A stretch of DNA of 64,000 bases from Eubacteriales bacterium (GCA_045125655.1 JBGVNP010000063.1:9-64008), one strand, 5' to 3'; positions 33,980-44,509 are shown, numbered from the stretch's first letter. Translations and numbers: made by a program. Notes: generated from the letters alone by a model not told the origin.

Positions 33980-34753
33980 ATGTATTATAATAAAGTGGAG
34001 ATATGCGGAGTGAATACTTCAAAGCTAACAGTGCTTAGTGATGATAAAAAGCGAGAGCTTCTTATCAGGGCAAAGAATGGCGATATGCAAGCGAGAGAGG
34101 AGTTAATTTACGGAAATTTACGTCTAGTGCTTAGTATAATACAGAGATTTATGAATAGAAATGAAAACGTCGATGATCTTTTTCAGGTGGGGTGTGTTGG
34201 CTTGATAAAGGCAGTTGATAATTTTAATACAGATCTTGAGGTAAAATTTTCCACATATGCTGTTCCGATGATAATTGGAGAGATTAGAAGATATTTGCGA
34301 GATAACAACTGTATACGCATAAGTCGGTCTTTGCGCGATCTTGCATATCACGCGATGGGCGCGAGGGAAGAGCTGGCAAGGGAAAATGAGAACGAGCCAA
34401 CCGTTGAGCAAATTTCTGCAAAGCTAGGTGTTGAAAAGGAAAACGTAGTACGCGCATTGGAAGCTATAGTTGCACCTATTTCCTTATATGAGCCGGTTTA
34501 TACCGATAATGGTGACTCCATATTCGTGATTGACCAATTGAGTGATTCAAGCTCCGGTGAAGAAATATGGCTTGAAAGCATTGCCTTGAGGGAGGCGATG
34601 AAGGTCTTGAACGAGAGGGAGCGATCCATTATTTATATGAGATTCTTTAAGAATAAAACTCAAATGGAGATAGCGAGTGAGATAGGTATATCACAAGCGC
34701 AGGTTTCACGTCTTGAAAAAGGCGCTCTTGAAAGAATGAGAAAACAGTTTTAG
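33980..34753 (+). CDS. sigG: sporulation sigma factor SigG
   Basis: NKVEICGVNTSKLTVL, GNLRLVLSIIQRF, DDLFQVGCVGLIKAVDNF, FSTYAVPMIIGEIRRYLRDNN and ISQAQVSRLEK closely follow B. subtilis SigG. Confidence 0.9.
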   Translation: MYYNKVEICGVNTSKLTVLSDDKKRELLIRAKNGDMQAREELIYGNLRLVLSIIQRFMNRNENVDDLFQVGCVGLIKAVDNFNTDLEVKFSTYAVPMIIGEIRRYLRDNNCIRISRSLRDLAYHAMGAREELARENENEPTVEQISAKLGVEKENVVRALEAIVAPISLYEPVYTDNGDSIFVIDQLSDSSSGEEIWLESIALREAMKVLNERERSIIYMRFFKNKTQMEIASEIGISQAQVSRLEKGALERMRKQF

Positions 34754-34788
34754 ACATTGTCATATATTTGATTTACGCATAATATGTT

Positions 34789-34813
34789 AAGGAAGAAAGC
34801 TTTTTTCTTCCTT
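34789..34813 (+). terminator. hairpin after sigG (weak terminator, readthrough likely)
   Basis: AAGGAAGAAA-gctt-TTTCTTCCTT is followed only by an interrupted T-run. Confidence 0.45.
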
Positions 34814-34836
34814 ATATCATTTTTGGAGGGTAGATC

Positions 34837-35673
34837 ATGTCGGATAATAGATTCGGATGCCTTGGAACGGGTAATACAAGGGATACGGTATGTATTGAGG
34901 CAAACCGTGTGCTTGACTCGTGTAGGGACAGGGATTGTTATGAAAACGTTCAGGTTTTTTTAACGAATTTCGGCAACGAGATTATAGAAAGAACGGGAAA
35001 TATCAGAGTTAAGGATTCGTGCATAGCTTGGACTAATATAAGTGTTGAGCCGATAGCCTTTAATAGAGGATTTTATTCGGTAAATATCAGACTTTATATA
35101 AGACTTGCATTTGAGGCTTGTTTAGCGCCCGGCAGAATTCAAGAATTCGAGGGTGTTGCAGTAATTGATAAGAAGGTAATACTCTTTGGCGGAGAGAGCA
35201 ATCTCAACGTATTCAAGAGCAACGGCACATCGGGCTTCTGCGAAATGCCCGAAGACCTGTGCTGCTCGGAGGGCAATCTGCCAACAGCTGTGCTTGAGGT
35301 GATAGATCCTATCATACTTAATGCAAAGGTTATTGAAAAGAAGCACGGTCATCACTGCGTTTGCTGCTGCACATGCGGTGATATTCCCGAAGGTGTGACA
35401 AGAAATATCAACGGTCCTCTCTGCGATGACACTGAGAGATATCTTGTGGTTTCGTTGGGCATCTTTTCGGTTGTTCGGATTGTGCGCCCCGCGCAGTATC
35501 TTATCAATGCCACCGAGTACACAGTGCCCGATAAGGAGTGCCTCACACATTCCGAGGAGAATCCTTGCGATATTTTCAGATGTATGGAGTTTCCTGTAGA
35601 GGAATTTACCGCAGGACACGGTCCCACACTCAAACCCTTGAATCATACTGACAAGGGATGTGGCTGTAAGTAA
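34837..35673 (+). CDS. cysteine-rich hypothetical protein (about 20 Cys), candidate sporulation protein
   Basis: The ORF has GGAGGG upstream. Motifs include VCIEANRVLDSCRDRDC, HHCVCCCTCGD and GCGCK at the C-terminus. It lies directly downstream of sigG. Confidence 0.55.
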   Translation: MSDNRFGCLGTGNTRDTVCIEANRVLDSCRDRDCYENVQVFLTNFGNEIIERTGNIRVKDSCIAWTNISVEPIAFNRGFYSVNIRLYIRLAFEACLAPGRIQEFEGVAVIDKKVILFGGESNLNVFKSNGTSGFCEMPEDLCCSEGNLPTAVLEVIDPIILNAKVIEKKHGHHCVCCCTCGDIPEGVTRNINGPLCDDTERYLVVSLGIFSVVRIVRPAQYLINATEYTVPDKECLTHSEENPCDIFRCMEFPVEEFTAGHGPTLKPLNHTDKGCGCK

Positions 35674-35678
35674 AAAAT

Positions 35679-35709
35679 GGCTGTTGCAAATGCAACAGCC
35701 TATTTTTTA
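35679..35709. terminator. bidirectional intrinsic terminator
   Basis: GGCTGTTGC-aaat-GCAACAGCC has flanking A- and T-runs. Confidence 0.85.
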
Positions 35710-36984
35710 TTTGAGTATATATTTTGGTTCGGATTTGTTTATTACAGTTTCCTTTGTAATAACAATCTTTTCAATATCCGTGCGAGAGGGAACGGAGTAC
35801 ATTATCTGCATCATAAATCCTTCCATTATGGATCGGAGTCCGCGTGCGCCCGTATTTTGCTCAATGGCAAGCTCTGCAATAGCACCGATTGCATCATCCT
35901 CAAATTCTATCTCAACACCGTCTATTGAGAAAAGCTTGGTGTATTGCTTTAAGAGAGAGTTTTTGGGTTCTGTTATTATTCTCTTAAGAGCATCCTTATC
36001 AAGCTCGGAGAGAGCCACGATAACGGGTATTCTGCCCGTAAGCTCTGGAATTATTCCGTATTTAACGATATCGTGAGAGGTGACGTCGCGGTATATGCCG
36101 TCCTTTTTCTTCTCACTCTTTTTCTTTACCTCACCGCCAAAGCCGATCACGTTATTGCCCTTACGCTTTTCGATGATCTGCTCAAGTCCGTCGAATGCAC
36201 CGCCGCAAATAAAGAGAATATTTGCAGTATTTATCTGAATAAACTCTTGGTTGGGATGTTTGCGTCCACCCTGTGGGGGAACGTTTGCAACAGTGCCTTC
36301 AAGTATCTTAAGCAGTGCTTGCTGCACACCTTCACCCGAAACGTCACGTGTTATTGAACGGTTTTCGCTTTTTCGGGAGATCTTATCTATTTCATCTATA
36401 TAGATGATACCTTTTTCTGCTCTTGCAACGTCATAATCTGCCGCTTGTATCAGGCGGAGAAGGATATTTTCAACGTCCTCGCCGACATATCCTGCTTCTG
36501 TAAGTGTGGTCGCATCTGCAATTGCAAACGGTACCTGCAGAGTTTTTGCAAGGGTCTGCGCAAGGAAAGTTTTTCCAACACCGGTAGGACCAATAAGAAG
36601 CACATTGGATTTTTGAAGCTCAACACCGTCAAGCTCCTTATCCTTCTGCTCCTCGTCCTTTGAAAGAATACGCTTATAGTGGTTATACACCGCAACGGAA
36701 AGTGCAATTTTTGCATCATCCTGACCTATTACGTATTCGTCCAATGTTTTCTTAATATCCTGGGGCTTGGGGAGTTCCTCAAGCTTTAATGTATCCGTGG
36801 GAGCAGAGAAGTCTGAAATCGCTTCATCAAGTATCTCTGAACAAGTGTCAACGCAGAAATCACAGATATAAACTCCCTTTGGTGAGGGAATTAAAAAATT
36901 AACTTGATTTTCGTTTCTTCCGCAGAAACAGCAATACCTTTTGGGGGTATTGCCGTTTCCGTCGGGCTTTTTATTTTCAGCCAT
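35707..36984 (-). CDS. clpX: ATP-dependent Clp protease ATP-binding subunit ClpX
   Basis: It has an N-terminal zinc finger (CCFCG...CDFC), Walker A (GPTGVGKT) and the GARGLR motif. Confidence 0.95.
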   Translation of the reverse strand: MAENKKPDGNGNTPKRYCCFCGRNENQVNFLIPSPKGVYICDFCVDTCSEILDEAISDFSAPTDTLKLEELPKPQDIKKTLDEYVIGQDDAKIALSVAVYNHYKRILSKDEEQKDKELDGVELQKSNVLLIGPTGVGKTFLAQTLAKTLQVPFAIADATTLTEAGYVGEDVENILLRLIQAADYDVARAEKGIIYIDEIDKISRKSENRSITRDVSGEGVQQALLKILEGTVANVPPQGGRKHPNQEFIQINTANILFICGGAFDGLEQIIEKRKGNNVIGFGGEVKKKSEKKKDGIYRDVTSHDIVKYGIIPELTGRIPVIVALSELDKDALKRIITEPKNSLLKQYTKLFSIDGVEIEFEDDAIGAIAELAIEQNTGARGLRSIMEGFMMQIMYSVPSRTDIEKIVITKETVINKSEPKYILK

Positions 36985-37011
36985 AATATTTACCTTTCAA
37001 CTTAAGCTCGA

Positions 37012-37605
37012 TTAAGCGTGCTTGTCGATAACCTTATCAATAAGACCGTATGCAAGAGCTTGCTCTGCGGTCATATAGTTATCTCTCTCGGTATCACGTG
37101 CGATCTCATCAATGCTTTTGCCCGTATTTTCAGCAAGTATCTTATTGAGCTTGTCACGTGTACGAAGAATAAGCTCTGCCTGAATTTTAATGTCGGTCGC
37201 CTGACCCTTTGCGCCGCCGAGGGGCTGATGGATCATTATCTCACTGTTAGGAAGAGCAAATCTTTTGCCCTTTGTTCCTGTGGAGAGAAGGAATGCACCC
37301 ATAGATGCCGCCATACCGATGCAAACGGTGGAGACGTCACACTTTATAAAATTCATTGTATCGTAGATAGCCATACCTGCGGTAACTGATCCGCCGGGGG
37401 AATTAATGTAAAAGGAAATGTCCTTGTCGGGATCCTGCGCCTCAAGATAAAGAAGCTGTGCAACCACAAGGGAAGCGGTGGCGTCATTTACCTCGTCGGA
37501 AAGGAATATGATGCGGTCATTAAGCAATCTTGAAAAAATATCGTAGGATCTTTCACCTCTGCCCGTCTGCTCGACGACCATAGGTACAAGTGAATTATTC
37601 ATCAT
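37012..37605 (-). CDS. clpP: ATP-dependent Clp protease proteolytic subunit ClpP
   Basis: It has [11 protein letters not shown] and [11 protein letters not shown] (catalytic Ser), plus the His and Asp context. Confidence 0.95.
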   Translation of the reverse strand: MMNNSLVPMVVEQTGRGERSYDIFSRLLNDRIIFLSDEVNDATASLVVAQLLYLEAQDPDKDISFYINSPGGSVTAGMAIYDTMNFIKCDVSTVCIGMAASMGAFLLSTGTKGKRFALPNSEIMIHQPLGGAKGQATDIKIQAELILRTRDKLNKILAENTGKSIDEIARDTERDNYMTAEQALAYGLIDKVIDKHA

Positions 37606-37638
37606 AAGTAATGACCTCCTAAAAAAATCTAAAGGGAA

Positions 37639-39036
37639 TTATGCTTCTGCCTCTTCAGCAGCCTTTTTTGTTGTTTTTCTTGTCTTCTTTATGGGCTTTT
37701 CTTCGCCTTCAGCAGCTTCTGCCTTGGGAGCGGCCTTCTTTGTTGCTCTCTTCTTGGGAGCCTTAACAACTGCCTTCTCCTTAACTGCATCAAGAGCAAG
37801 CTGAACTCTCATATCGGATGCGATAAGATCGGAATCGATGGATGCCTTAACCTGTTCCACGTCGATGCCGTATGCCTCTGCAATTCTTGCATACTCTGCA
37901 TTGATATTCTCCTCGGATGCAACAAGGTTTTCAAGGTCTGCGATCTTTTCAAGAGCAAGTCTTGCCTTAACCTGCTTTTCTGCCTGAGAACGGAACTGTG
38001 CACGAAGTGTTTCAAGCGTCATACCTGTGTACTGGAAGTATGTCTTGAGATCAAGTCCCTGCATTCTGAGCTGATTGTCATAATCGCGAACGAAGTTTTC
38101 TGCCTCGTTATCATACATAGCCTCGGGAATTTCTGCTTCAAGCTTTTCAATAAGAGCATCCATAAGCTGACCGTCAACTGCGCTCTGTGCAGTTGCTTCG
38201 TGTCTCTTTTCGATTTTTGCCTTAAGATCTGCCTTATATTCATCAAGTGTATCGAATTCGGAAACGTCCTTTGCAAATTCGTCGTCAAGCTCGGGAAGCT
38301 CAACCTTTGTGAGAGCGTGAAGCTTTACCTTGAATACGGATGCCTTACCTGCAAGCTCCTCAGCGTGATACTCTGTGGGGAAGGTTACGTTTACGTCAAA
38401 TTCTTCGTCAACACTGTGACCAACGATCTGTTCCTCAAATCCGGGGATGAACTGACCTGAACCGAGCTTAAGAGCGTAATCCTCGCCCTTACCGCCTTCA
38501 AAAGCAACACCGTCAACAAATCCCTCAAAGTCGATAACTGCTGTATCACCAAGCTCTGCAGGACGATCGTTAGCGTCGAGCTCGCGGCTGTTTCTTTCTC
38601 TAACGAGTTCAAGCTCTTTATTAACCTCTTCGTCGGTTACGGGAGCTACCTCTTTAGTAACCTCGATACCGAAATAGCCCTCAATCTTAACGTCGGGCTT
38701 TACAAATACCTTTGCTGTGAATACTACGCCGTTTTCATCAAGAGAGAGAACGTCGATCTCGGGCTGTGCAACGGGATCGATGCCAGCTTCCTTAATTGCT
38801 GCCTCATAAGCCTCGGGAAGAATATCGTTAAGAGCTGTATCATAGAAGAAGCCCTTTCCGTACATTTTCTCGATCATTGCTCTGGGAGCCTTGCCTTTTC
38901 TGAAGCCGGGAATATTGATCTTGCCAACCTCTTTTTTATAAGCGCGCTCGCAAGCAGCTTCAAATACTGACTGTTCTACAGAGAAGTGAAGCTCAACCTT
39001 GCTTCCTTCAAGCTTTTCGTTTTTAATCAATTTCAT
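37639..39036 (-). CDS. tig: trigger factor with Lys/Ala-rich C-terminal tail
   Basis: It has GFRKGKAP, an FKBP-type middle domain and the tig-clpP-clpX gene order. About 38 extra basic residues sit at the C-terminus. Confidence 0.9.
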   Translation of the reverse strand: MKLIKNEKLEGSKVELHFSVEQSVFEAACERAYKKEVGKINIPGFRKGKAPRAMIEKMYGKGFFYDTALNDILPEAYEAAIKEAGIDPVAQPEIDVLSLDENGVVFTAKVFVKPDVKIEGYFGIEVTKEVAPVTDEEVNKELELVRERNSRELDANDRPAELGDTAVIDFEGFVDGVAFEGGKGEDYALKLGSGQFIPGFEEQIVGHSVDEEFDVNVTFPTEYHAEELAGKASVFKVKLHALTKVELPELDDEFAKDVSEFDTLDEYKADLKAKIEKRHEATAQSAVDGQLMDALIEKLEAEIPEAMYDNEAENFVRDYDNQLRMQGLDLKTYFQYTGMTLETLRAQFRSQAEKQVKARLALEKIADLENLVASEENINAEYARIAEAYGIDVEQVKASIDSDLIASDMRVQLALDAVKEKAVVKAPKKRATKKAAPKAEAAEGEEKPIKKTRKTTKKAAEEAEA

Positions 39037-39072
39037 TTTAGAAATCCTCCAATTTTTTTACATACATCGTTA

Positions 39073-39101
39073 ATTATATATAATTAATAGCAAAATGTCA
39101 A
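39073..39101 (-). promoter_or_regulatory. sigma-A-type promoter for tig
   Basis: The minus strand reads TTGACA, a 17-nt spacer, then TATAAT. Confidence 0.55.
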
Positions 39102-39126
39102 GATTATTTTGCAAATTTACCAATTT

Positions 39127-39855
39127 TTAGAGAAAAATGGGCATTGGGCAGAAATTTAAATAGTCTGCAGCAACCATTATAAAGCTAATTCCATCGAATT
39201 GGAACTGTCTTGGAATGGCATAATTATTATGGATATGTCCGTAATAGCAGGTGTCTATATTATACTTTTTAAGAACTTCAAGAATTGGCTCACAAATACA
39301 ATCTGCATAGACGGGTGGGAAATGCAGAAAGACGAGGATCGGAAGATGGTGTCCTTCTTCTTTTAGCTTTGTTGCTTCCTTAAGACTTATTTCAAGGCGC
39401 TGTGCCTCTCTTGCTACGATCTTTTCATAATCAACGTCACCCACGGTTTTTTGCTGTTTTTCATCGTAAAACCAACCGCGCGAGCCGCAGATTATACAAT
39501 CGTCAAGAAGATATGCGTTGTTGTGCAAAAGCTTTATTGTTGTAATCTCGTTTTCGGAGAAGAATGAGTGTATCTTACTTGCGGTAGACCACCAAAAATC
39601 GTGGTTGCCCTTGCCGATTATTTTGGTGCCCGGAAGGGAATCAAGAAATTTGAAGTCGGACTTTGCTTCGTCAAGTGTCATTGCCCATGAAATATCACCG
39701 GGAATAACGATAACGTCATCATCATTTATTATGGAACGAAAATTCTTTTCAAGCTTTTGATGGTAGTTCGACCATTTCGTTCCAAATTTTTCCATGGATT
39801 TATTTGTGGTTTCATTGGTAGAAAGATGAAGGTCGGAAATAACGTATAAAGACAT
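39127..39855 (-). CDS. metallophosphoesterase
   Basis: It has the intact motifs SDLHLS, GDISW, GNHDFWW, LHFPP and GHIH. Confidence 0.75.
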   Translation of the reverse strand: MSLYVISDLHLSTNETTNKSMEKFGTKWSNYHQKLEKNFRSIINDDDVIVIPGDISWAMTLDEAKSDFKFLDSLPGTKIIGKGNHDFWWSTASKIHSFFSENEITTIKLLHNNAYLLDDCIICGSRGWFYDEKQQKTVGDVDYEKIVAREAQRLEISLKEATKLKEEGHHLPILVFLHFPPVYADCICEPILEVLKKYNIDTCYYGHIHNNYAIPRQFQFDGISFIMVAADYLNFCPMPIFL

Positions 39856-39959
39856 TGGAATTTCCTTTCGGATGAATAAGAATTTTAAAAAAGAGAATAA
39901 TATTCTTGAGAGTTACCTCTCAATTTTTAAAGCCATATGGCGGAATGGAGTTTAGTAAT

Positions 39960-40148
39960 ATGAACGGTGAGAAAAAATGCTGCTCAAGTCCTAAAAATGT
40001 TATCAAGGGTATTACCTGTGATGTTATAAATTGTGAATACCATCAAGGTAACGGTAATTGCTGCGCAGGTCATATCAAGGTAGGTCCCAATCAGGCAGAG
40101 ACAAGCACTGAAACGCTTTGCGCTACCTTTAAGAACAGAACTGAATAA
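39960..40148 (+). CDS. DUF1540 domain protein
   Basis: It has the C..V.C.V..C.YH....CCA..I.V pattern. The start is the ATG after GGAG, and the product is 62 aa. Confidence 0.7.
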   Translation: MNGEKKCCSSPKNVIKGITCDVINCEYHQGNGNCCAGHIKVGPNQAETSTETLCATFKNRTE

Positions 40149-40158
40149 ATCCTCCAAA

Positions 40159-40188
40159 GCATATCCCGGAAGGGATATGCTTATTTTT
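40159..40188. terminator. bidirectional intrinsic terminator
   Basis: GCATATCCC-ggaa-GGGATATGC is followed by TTATTTTTT. It abuts the thrC stop. Confidence 0.8.
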
Positions 40189-41665
40189 TAAGAAAATTTA
40201 ATACCTCGCCGTACATAGCTTGCGGATCGACAACTGATCTGAAATTAACGGGTCTTTTATCAAGATCTTTGAGTGGATCGGGAATTTGCGCCCCCGAATT
40301 ATTGGCAAGCATATCAAGTGCCATTAAGCTGCCACCGTTACTATTGCCCCATATCGATTCGTAGACGTCCTTTGCAAATTTAAAGGGACTTGCAGTTGAT
40401 GCAACCACGCACAGTGTGTTGTCACCACTCGCTTTTCGATAGCTTTCGAGTGCCGAGAAGGCAACGGCGGTGTGCGTGTCCATTAAATATTGATTTTTCT
40501 CTAAATTATTCTTTATTGCGGTAGCTGTGTCATATTCATCGGCGAAAAATCCGACGAAGTTATCATCAATTATCTCTTTGGTTGCAGAGTCTATTTGATA
40601 GTTACCGTTAGTGTTTAGTGATTCCATCCATTCAAGTGTTTTTTCACTTCCCGCAATGAAATAAAGGAGTCTTTCGAGATTGCTCGAAATAAGTATATCC
40701 ATTGAAGGAGATGATGTGAGATGAAAGGGTCTGTTTCTATCATATCTGCCCGTGTTAAAGAAGTCGGTAAGCACGTTGTTTGAGTTGGAGGCGCAGATAA
40801 GCTTGTTGATGGGAAGTCCCATTAATTTTGCAATATATGCGGCGAGAATATTACCAAAATTTCCTGTGGGAACACAAACGTTTATCGAATCTCCAAGGCG
40901 GATTTTTTGAGCGTTCAGAAGATCGCAATATGCCTTGATATAGTAAACGATCTGCGGTGCAAGTCTGCCGAAATTTATAGAGTTTGCGCTTGAGAGGAAA
41001 ACTCCTTTTTCGTTCAGCTCGGTTGCGATTTTATCATCACTGAAAATATGCTTAACACCCGTTTGAATATCGTCAAAATTACCTTTCACGGCACAGACAT
41101 TAACGTTATTGCCCGTTTGTGTGGTCATTTGCAATTTTTGGACGGTGCTGACTCCGTTTTCGGGATAAAATACCGAGATTTTGATGCGGTCTATATCCTT
41201 ATATCCTTCAAGGGCTGCTTTGCCCGTATCACCTGATGTGGCAACAAGCACAAGCGCTTCTCTTGTTTCACCCGTCTTGGTGAGAGCGCGTGAGAGAAGT
41301 CTTGGCATTATCTGTAACGCCATATCCTTGAAGGCGCAGGTCGGGCCGTGCCAAAGCTCGAGCGAATAAGTTCTTTTATCCACCTCTGCAAGAGGGCAAG
41401 GATCGGGAGAAAAACTCTCCTTTGAGTATGCTGCCGATGCGTCTGCAAGTAATTCTTCATAGGTATAATCCGTGAGGAATTTTGAGAGTACGTTGGCTGC
41501 AAGCTCGGGATATGAAAGGGAAGTGTAGGTGCGGATTTCATCCTGAGTTAAGGTAGGAATACTATCAGGAACAAAAAGTCCGCCGTCGTATGCAAGTCCC
41601 TGCTTAATAACCTGAGCCGATGTATATTTAATTTCGTTTTTATCTCTTGTGCTTTGAAATTTCAT
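40181..41665 (-). CDS. thrC: threonine synthase (long form)
   Basis: It has FQSTRD...GLAYDGGLFVP and the PLP lysine context CAFKDMALQ. Confidence 0.9.
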   Translation of the reverse strand: MKFQSTRDKNEIKYTSAQVIKQGLAYDGGLFVPDSIPTLTQDEIRTYTSLSYPELAANVLSKFLTDYTYEELLADASAAYSKESFSPDPCPLAEVDKRTYSLELWHGPTCAFKDMALQIMPRLLSRALTKTGETREALVLVATSGDTGKAALEGYKDIDRIKISVFYPENGVSTVQKLQMTTQTGNNVNVCAVKGNFDDIQTGVKHIFSDDKIATELNEKGVFLSSANSINFGRLAPQIVYYIKAYCDLLNAQKIRLGDSINVCVPTGNFGNILAAYIAKLMGLPINKLICASNSNNVLTDFFNTGRYDRNRPFHLTSSPSMDILISSNLERLLYFIAGSEKTLEWMESLNTNGNYQIDSATKEIIDDNFVGFFADEYDTATAIKNNLEKNQYLMDTHTAVAFSALESYRKASGDNTLCVVASTASPFKFAKDVYESIWGNSNGGSLMALDMLANNSGAQIPDPLKDLDKRPVNFRSVVDPQAMYGEVLNFLKK

Positions 41666-41674
41666 AGGACTCTC

Positions 41675-42607
41675 CTATAGATTTTTATTGAAAAATTCAA
41701 GTGCGTTTTTAAACGTTATTTTTTCGATTAGTTCGTTACTGTAATTTAGCTTTTGCAATTCATCGGCAATCATTTCAATGTCGGATATGTTTGAAAAGCC
41801 ATTTGGTAAATTTGTGCCGTCAAGGTCACAACCAAATACAAGTGTATTTTCTCCGCCGAGAGAAAGATAATGTTCAATATGCTTTATTACATCACACGAA
41901 CTTGCCTCGTGATTCAAGGAAAGATGCTCGGGACAGAGGTTTATGCCGACAAGACCGCCAAGATTTTTGATGGCTGTGAAATCCTTGTCTCTTAAATTTC
42001 TTGTGTGAGGATTTACAAAATAAGAATCGGAATGTGATGCTACTATTGGCGTTGAACAGCTTTGAGCAAGCTCAAGTACCATTTCTGCCCCTTCAAATGA
42101 GGAGTGGGATATATCGGGAATAATACCTAAGTCAAAGCATTTCTTAACTACATCAACACCAAAATCAGTAAGTCCGACATGAGTATCATGCGCTCCGCCT
42201 ATGCAGGTTTCGCCGTACCAATTCAGAGTCATCATTCTTACACCGTGTGAATATAGGGTATCAAGGCGGGAGAGATCATTTTCTAATATTCTTACATCCT
42301 CGATTGAGAGAATGAAAGCACGTTTGTTTTGTGACAAAAGGGAATTGAGCGTTGCGCTGTCGCGCGCAAGTCCTACCTTATCCTGATTGATTTTAATTTC
42401 ATTGTCAAGATTTTTCATCACCTCGAAAAAGCGTGTATATCCTTGCGCATCACTTAATTTGTGGTGTGTCCAGACAGCCATGACTTGTGCATAGCTATCG
42501 AAACGCTTTGCTTTTTTGAGAGAAACGTGAAAATCATTATTGTATATGCCTTGATTTTCGGCAAGTAAGCGAGTTGCGGTATCGCAATGTAAATCAAATA
42601 AATTCAT
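41675..42607 (-). CDS. dipeptidase, M19 (renal dipeptidase-like) family
   Basis: It has an N-terminal FDLHCDT and later DISHSS, ASHSDS and GCDLDG metal-ligand-like motifs. Confidence 0.65.
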   Translation of the reverse strand: MNLFDLHCDTATRLLAENQGIYNNDFHVSLKKAKRFDSYAQVMAVWTHHKLSDAQGYTRFFEVMKNLDNEIKINQDKVGLARDSATLNSLLSQNKRAFILSIEDVRILENDLSRLDTLYSHGVRMMTLNWYGETCIGGAHDTHVGLTDFGVDVVKKCFDLGIIPDISHSSFEGAEMVLELAQSCSTPIVASHSDSYFVNPHTRNLRDKDFTAIKNLGGLVGINLCPEHLSLNHEASSCDVIKHIEHYLSLGGENTLVFGCDLDGTNLPNGFSNISDIEMIADELQKLNYSNELIEKITFKNALEFFNKNL

Positions 42608-42610
42608 AAA

Positions 42611-43003
42611 TTAGTTAGTAAATGCATTTTCCATATGATTGATTTTGATAAGCTCCGGCTTGGATGCTACCGTGGACTTTGAAAGATACACCTCAATCAC
42701 GTCAAGGCGCGGCATTTTGCTTGTGCGATGAGTGTTTAAGTATGCTTGCGCCGCGATAAGAGTCCTTTTTTGCTTTGCCGCGGTAACGGCAGTAGCGGGT
42801 GTACCGAACATCATATCGTCGGGCGAGGTACAGGATCGCGTTTTTACCTCAACAAAAACAATATATTGCTTGTTTTCAGCAATTATATCAATTTCGTTGT
42901 GCGATGCAAAATAATTTCTTTCTAAAATCTTATATTTTTTCTCTTTGAGATGGGCGCAAGCGATATCCTCGCCAAATCTTCCTATTTCAGTAGTCGTTTT
43001 CAT
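42611..43003 (-). CDS. yraN: YraN-family (UPF0102) endonuclease-like protein
   Basis: It has G..GE..A..HL...Y.ILERN, EIDIIA and VFVEVKTR motifs. Confidence 0.8.
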   Translation of the reverse strand: MKTTTEIGRFGEDIACAHLKEKKYKILERNYFASHNEIDIIAENKQYIVFVEVKTRSCTSPDDMMFGTPATAVTAAKQKRTLIAAQAYLNTHRTSKMPRLDVIEVYLSKSTVASKPELIKINHMENAFTN

Positions 43004-43004
43004 A

Positions 43005-43604
43005 TCAATTATCTAAAAATCGGATAAATTTCTTGCGATGGATGGGCGAAGCTCCATATTCACGAAGTGCATCCATGTGTTGCTTTGTGCCGTAGCCCTT
43101 ATGCTTGGCAATGCCGTACTGAGGGTAGTCCTTATCCATTTGCTCACACATTTCGTCACGGGTTACTTTGGCAAGTATGGATGCCGCGGCAATGCTGGGA
43201 CTTGTTGCATCTCCCTTGATTACTGTCATGGTGGGTATATCAAAGTCCTTTGCGATATTTCCGTCAATGATGGCAAAATCCGCTTTGATTTGTAATCCCT
43301 CGACCGCACGGCGCATTGCAAGCATATCTGCCTCAAGAATATTCAATTCGTCAATTTCTTCAACGCTTGCCTCTGCAATGCAGTAGGCGAGTGCATTTTC
43401 AATTATTTGATCAAAAACCTGCTTTCTCTTTTTTGGAGAGAGCTTTTTTGAGTCGTTAAGTCCTTCGATGTAGAGTCCTACGGGCAGAATGCAAGCTGCC
43501 GCAACGACGGGACCGCAAAGCGGGCCTCTGCCTGCCTCGTCAACTCCGCAGACGTATGTATAGCCCTTTTCGATAAGGGAGCTTTCTATAGTATATTCCA
43601 GCAT
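43005..43604 (-). CDS. rnhB: ribonuclease HII
   Basis: It has the GVDEAGRGPLCGPVVAAA and DSKKLS motifs. Confidence 0.9.
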   Translation of the reverse strand: MLEYTIESSLIEKGYTYVCGVDEAGRGPLCGPVVAAACILPVGLYIEGLNDSKKLSPKKRKQVFDQIIENALAYCIAEASVEEIDELNILEADMLAMRRAVEGLQIKADFAIIDGNIAKDFDIPTMTVIKGDATSPSIAAASILAKVTRDEMCEQMDKDYPQYGIAKHKGYGTKQHMDALREYGASPIHRKKFIRFLDN

Positions 43605-43618
43605 TTGTTTCTCCGTAA

Positions 43619-44482
43619 TTAAATTGTGTCAAGGGTTATTTTGCCGATCTTGGCGCTTCTGAATTCCTCAAGGAGCATATTTGCGGTGCGCTCGTAGTCA
43701 ATCTCTCCACCACTTATAAGAAAGCCGCGTTTTTTACCTATTAATTCAAAGATCTGAAGATCGGTATAGTCCTCATAATTTTTCATATCTCCAAGCTTAT
43801 ATCGTTCTGCAAGCATTTGAGGATATTGCTTTCTAAGACGGGAGCAGAGAACTATGGCAAGACTTTCAATGTCAAGAATCTTGTCCTTGATAGCTCCTGT
43901 AATCGCGAGATTTTCACCCGTTAATCTATCGTCAAATTTGGGCCAGAGAACACCGGGCATATCCATAAGCATAAGACCTATATTTGTATCCACCCACTGT
44001 TTATCTACAGTAACGCCGGGGCGATTTTCTACCTTTGCCTTCTTGCTTCCGCATATTTTATTAATGAGGGATGATTTGCCCACGTTGGGAATTCCCACGA
44101 TCATTGCTTTGAGCTTTCTGCCGTTCATACCCTTTGCCTCATAGCGAGCTATCTTTTCGGCAAGCACTGTATTAACTGCTTCCTTTATTTTGTTTATGCC
44201 AATACCGCTTACGCAGTCCGTAGTAATGCATATTGTTTGTGAATCGGAATAGTGATCACACCATTTTTTTGTCATTTCGGGATCGGCGAGAGTTGCTTTG
44301 TTGAGAAGTAGTATTGTCGGCTTTTGCGCAGTCATACTGGCTATCTCAGGATTTCTTGAGCTTTTTGGTATTCTTGCATCAAGTATTTCTATAACAACGT
44401 CAACGTTTTTTAAATTTTCGGTTATCATACGGCGAGTTTTCGCCATATGACCTGGGAACCACTGTATCTGTTCTGATGGCAT
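43619..44482 (-). CDS. rbgA: ribosome biogenesis GTPase A (YlqF/RbgA)
   Basis: It has IQWFPGHMAKTRR and a circularly permuted GTPase (LNKATL before GIPNVGKSSLIN). Confidence 0.9.
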   Translation of the reverse strand: MPSEQIQWFPGHMAKTRRMITENLKNVDVVIEILDARIPKSSRNPEIASMTAQKPTILLLNKATLADPEMTKKWCDHYSDSQTICITTDCVSGIGINKIKEAVNTVLAEKIARYEAKGMNGRKLKAMIVGIPNVGKSSLINKICGSKKAKVENRPGVTVDKQWVDTNIGLMLMDMPGVLWPKFDDRLTGENLAITGAIKDKILDIESLAIVLCSRLRKQYPQMLAERYKLGDMKNYEDYTDLQIFELIGKKRGFLISGGEIDYERTANMLLEEFRSAKIGKITLDTI

Positions 44483-44509
44483 TTTTATTAACCTTCCTGT
44501 GTTAAAATC

